NCBI GenBank assembly: GCA_950072105.1
Contig: CATMOE010000034.1
Coordinates: 1-39,348 of the forward strand
Length of the DNA: 39,348 nucleotides
Source of the DNA: an uncultured Dehalococcoidia bacterium
Lineage (GTDB): Bacteria; Chloroflexota; Dehalococcoidia; Lucifugimonadales; UBA3495
Direction of reading: 5' to 3'
The number at the start of each line of letters is the position of its first letter. The stretch's first letter is position 1. A program made the position numbers and the translations under genes. The notes under the pieces are model-generated. The model ran no database searches and was not told where the DNA came from. It saw only the letters and a list, made by a program, of their open reading frames with translations. Shown one piece after another: positions 38,013 to 39,348 of the stretch.

Positions 38013-38957
38013 ATGGTCACCAAAAGGTCTAGTTCGGATATTAGTGCACCTAATTTTCACGGAAAGCCCATCACCGACAACGAACTTATTCGTGGATTCA
38101 TTTTAGCCCTGGGAGCCGGTGGGCGCAAGGAAAAAACCCTCTACATCTATGAAGAAAGCATCCGCATGCTTTCAGACTTCGCCCAGGGCCTTGGACTCCC
38201 AGGTCTGGCCACGATGGACCGAAATGTCATCCGCCATTGGCTGACCAGCCTTCACCAGAGGGGTAACAAGCCTGCCACCGTTAGTGTCCGATACCGGTCT
38301 TTGAACCGTTTTTTCAACTGGGTCGTAACGGAAGAAGAGCGCACCGACAACCCGATGGACAAGGTGGAGCCACCAAAGATACCTAGCACGATTCAAGCTT
38401 ACTACTCGCCTCATGACGTGGAGACCGTCATCAAGGGCATTGGAGGTGCTACGCCACATAACCTCCGAGACACCGCCATGATCATGACCCTGTACGACAC
38501 AGGGGTCAGGGCAGCAGAACTGTGCGGGATGAAAGAAGAGGATCTGGATTGGCGAGACCGCACCATTCTAGTGACCGGGAAGGCCGGCAAGCAAAGGCGG
38601 GTGGCCATAGGCAGCAAGACGGCGATGGGTATCGAACGATACCTTCGTAAGCGGAGGACTAAGTCGGAGTCCCTATGGCTCGGCTCGGCCAACAAACCCT
38701 TGGCGTTGAATGGTCTTCGTATGATGCTTCAACGGCGCTTTCAAGAAGCTGGGGTGAAGTTTCGGGGTGCCCATGCCTTCCGAAGGGGTTTCGCCATGGA
38801 ATATCTGGCATCCGGTGGACAGGAGGGCGACCTGAAAGAACTTGGAGGCTGGGAGAACTACGCCATGGTAACCCGGTATGCCAAGGCTAACGCTGGAGAG
38901 CGGGCCATCGCCGCCCACAGGAAGCTCAGCCCCGGGGACCGACTGAACGTGAGGTGA
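38013..38957 (+). CDS. tyrosine-type recombinase/integrase
   Basis: SAM-like N-domain; catalytic R (TGVRAAE), K (GKAGK), HAFRR, GGW, Y (TRYA); SD GGGAGG. Confidence 0.93.
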   Translation: MVTKRSSSDISAPNFHGKPITDNELIRGFILALGAGGRKEKTLYIYEESIRMLSDFAQGLGLPGLATMDRNVIRHWLTSLHQRGNKPATVSVRYRSLNRFFNWVVTEEERTDNPMDKVEPPKIPSTIQAYYSPHDVETVIKGIGGATPHNLRDTAMIMTLYDTGVRAAELCGMKEEDLDWRDRTILVTGKAGKQRRVAIGSKTAMGIERYLRKRRTKSESLWLGSANKPLALNGLRMMLQRRFQEAGVKFRGAHAFRRGFAMEYLASGGQEGDLKELGGWENYAMVTRYAKANAGERAIAAHRKLSPGDRLNVR

Positions 38958-39348
38958 ATGAGGAAGTGTGTTACGAAATTTTGGAACCAAGTGTACCTGA
39001 ACATTCTTCGGATACTTTGGATGAGTTGATCGATGTACTTGCCCAAAGTGTCGATGATTGGAGAATAGAGACCCTACCTGAACGCGATAACCTGAGGGGC
39101 AACTCACAAGGGGACAATGAGCGGCATGTGATAGTTCGCGGGGTGTTCCTGGACTTGTTTTTTCGCGACGAGCGAACAAATGCCTTCATAGACACATTGA
39201 TCAACCGTTCGCCACCGTTGAAGGAAAGGCTCTCGGAGATTGCTAAAATCTCAGACCGACTCGCTGCGATGTCAGAACCTCAGGAGGTGGAGATCTCTTG
39301 GGATTATGAGAATGGATTTAAGGGATGCAGCGATAGCGACGATGAGAT
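38954..39348 (+). CDS. hypothetical protein (runs off window)
   Basis: GTG overlaps the integrase stop (GTGA); frame [18 protein letters not shown]... stays open to the window end; not in the ORF track. Confidence 0.6.
   Translation, partial: MNEEVCYEILEPSVPEHSSDTLDELIDVLAQSVDDWRIETLPERDNLRGNSQGDNERHVIVRGVFLDLFFRDERTNAFIDTLINRSPPLKERLSEIAKISDRLAAMSEPQEVEISWDYENGFKGCSDSDDE

Noticed and set aside
38013..38957. Integron integrase with attC cassettes
   Set aside because: No IntI-specific insertion before the HxxR motif and no attC-like RYYYAAC...GTTRRRY hairpins identified

Overview
GC-rich bacterial chromosome segment, most consistent with Chloroflexota/Dehalococcoidia (SAR202-like). This is inferred from the luciferase-like monooxygenase, the paralogous crotonases and CoA-transferases, and the CxxC-x17-CxxC zinc-ribbon protein. 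Left to right: an IS21 element (istA runs off the left edge) interrupting an FAD-dependent oxidoreductase; an acyl-CoA cluster (two crotonases, PHP protein, CoA ligase, panE, AhpD-like); CIRCE-controlled groES-groEL; an unusual A / B-A fusion / B CoA-transferase trio; TPP-riboswitch-controlled thiG-thiE-thiS; dehydrogenase and LLM genes; a pseudo-HMG-CoA-synthase/DUF35 fusion plus thiolase; a TA pair whose toxin has a nonsense codon; minCDE; an amine-catabolism-like cluster; a four-gene operon of a di-iron ferritin-like protein, its ligand-less paralog, a zinc ribbon and an SCP2-like protein; an orphan SLATT-like 2TM protein; fluoroacetate dehalogenase, deaminase and MBL genes; a direct-repeat-flanked cytidylyltransferase + PEAMT-like methyltransferase + CDP-alcohol phosphotransferase cassette; tRNA-Val(TAC); and a tyrosine integrase starting a probable mobile element that runs off the right edge. 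The best candidates for undescribed systems are the di-iron alpha/beta operon and the phospho-base methylation lipid cassette. All family calls come from motif recognition by eye; no database searches were run.
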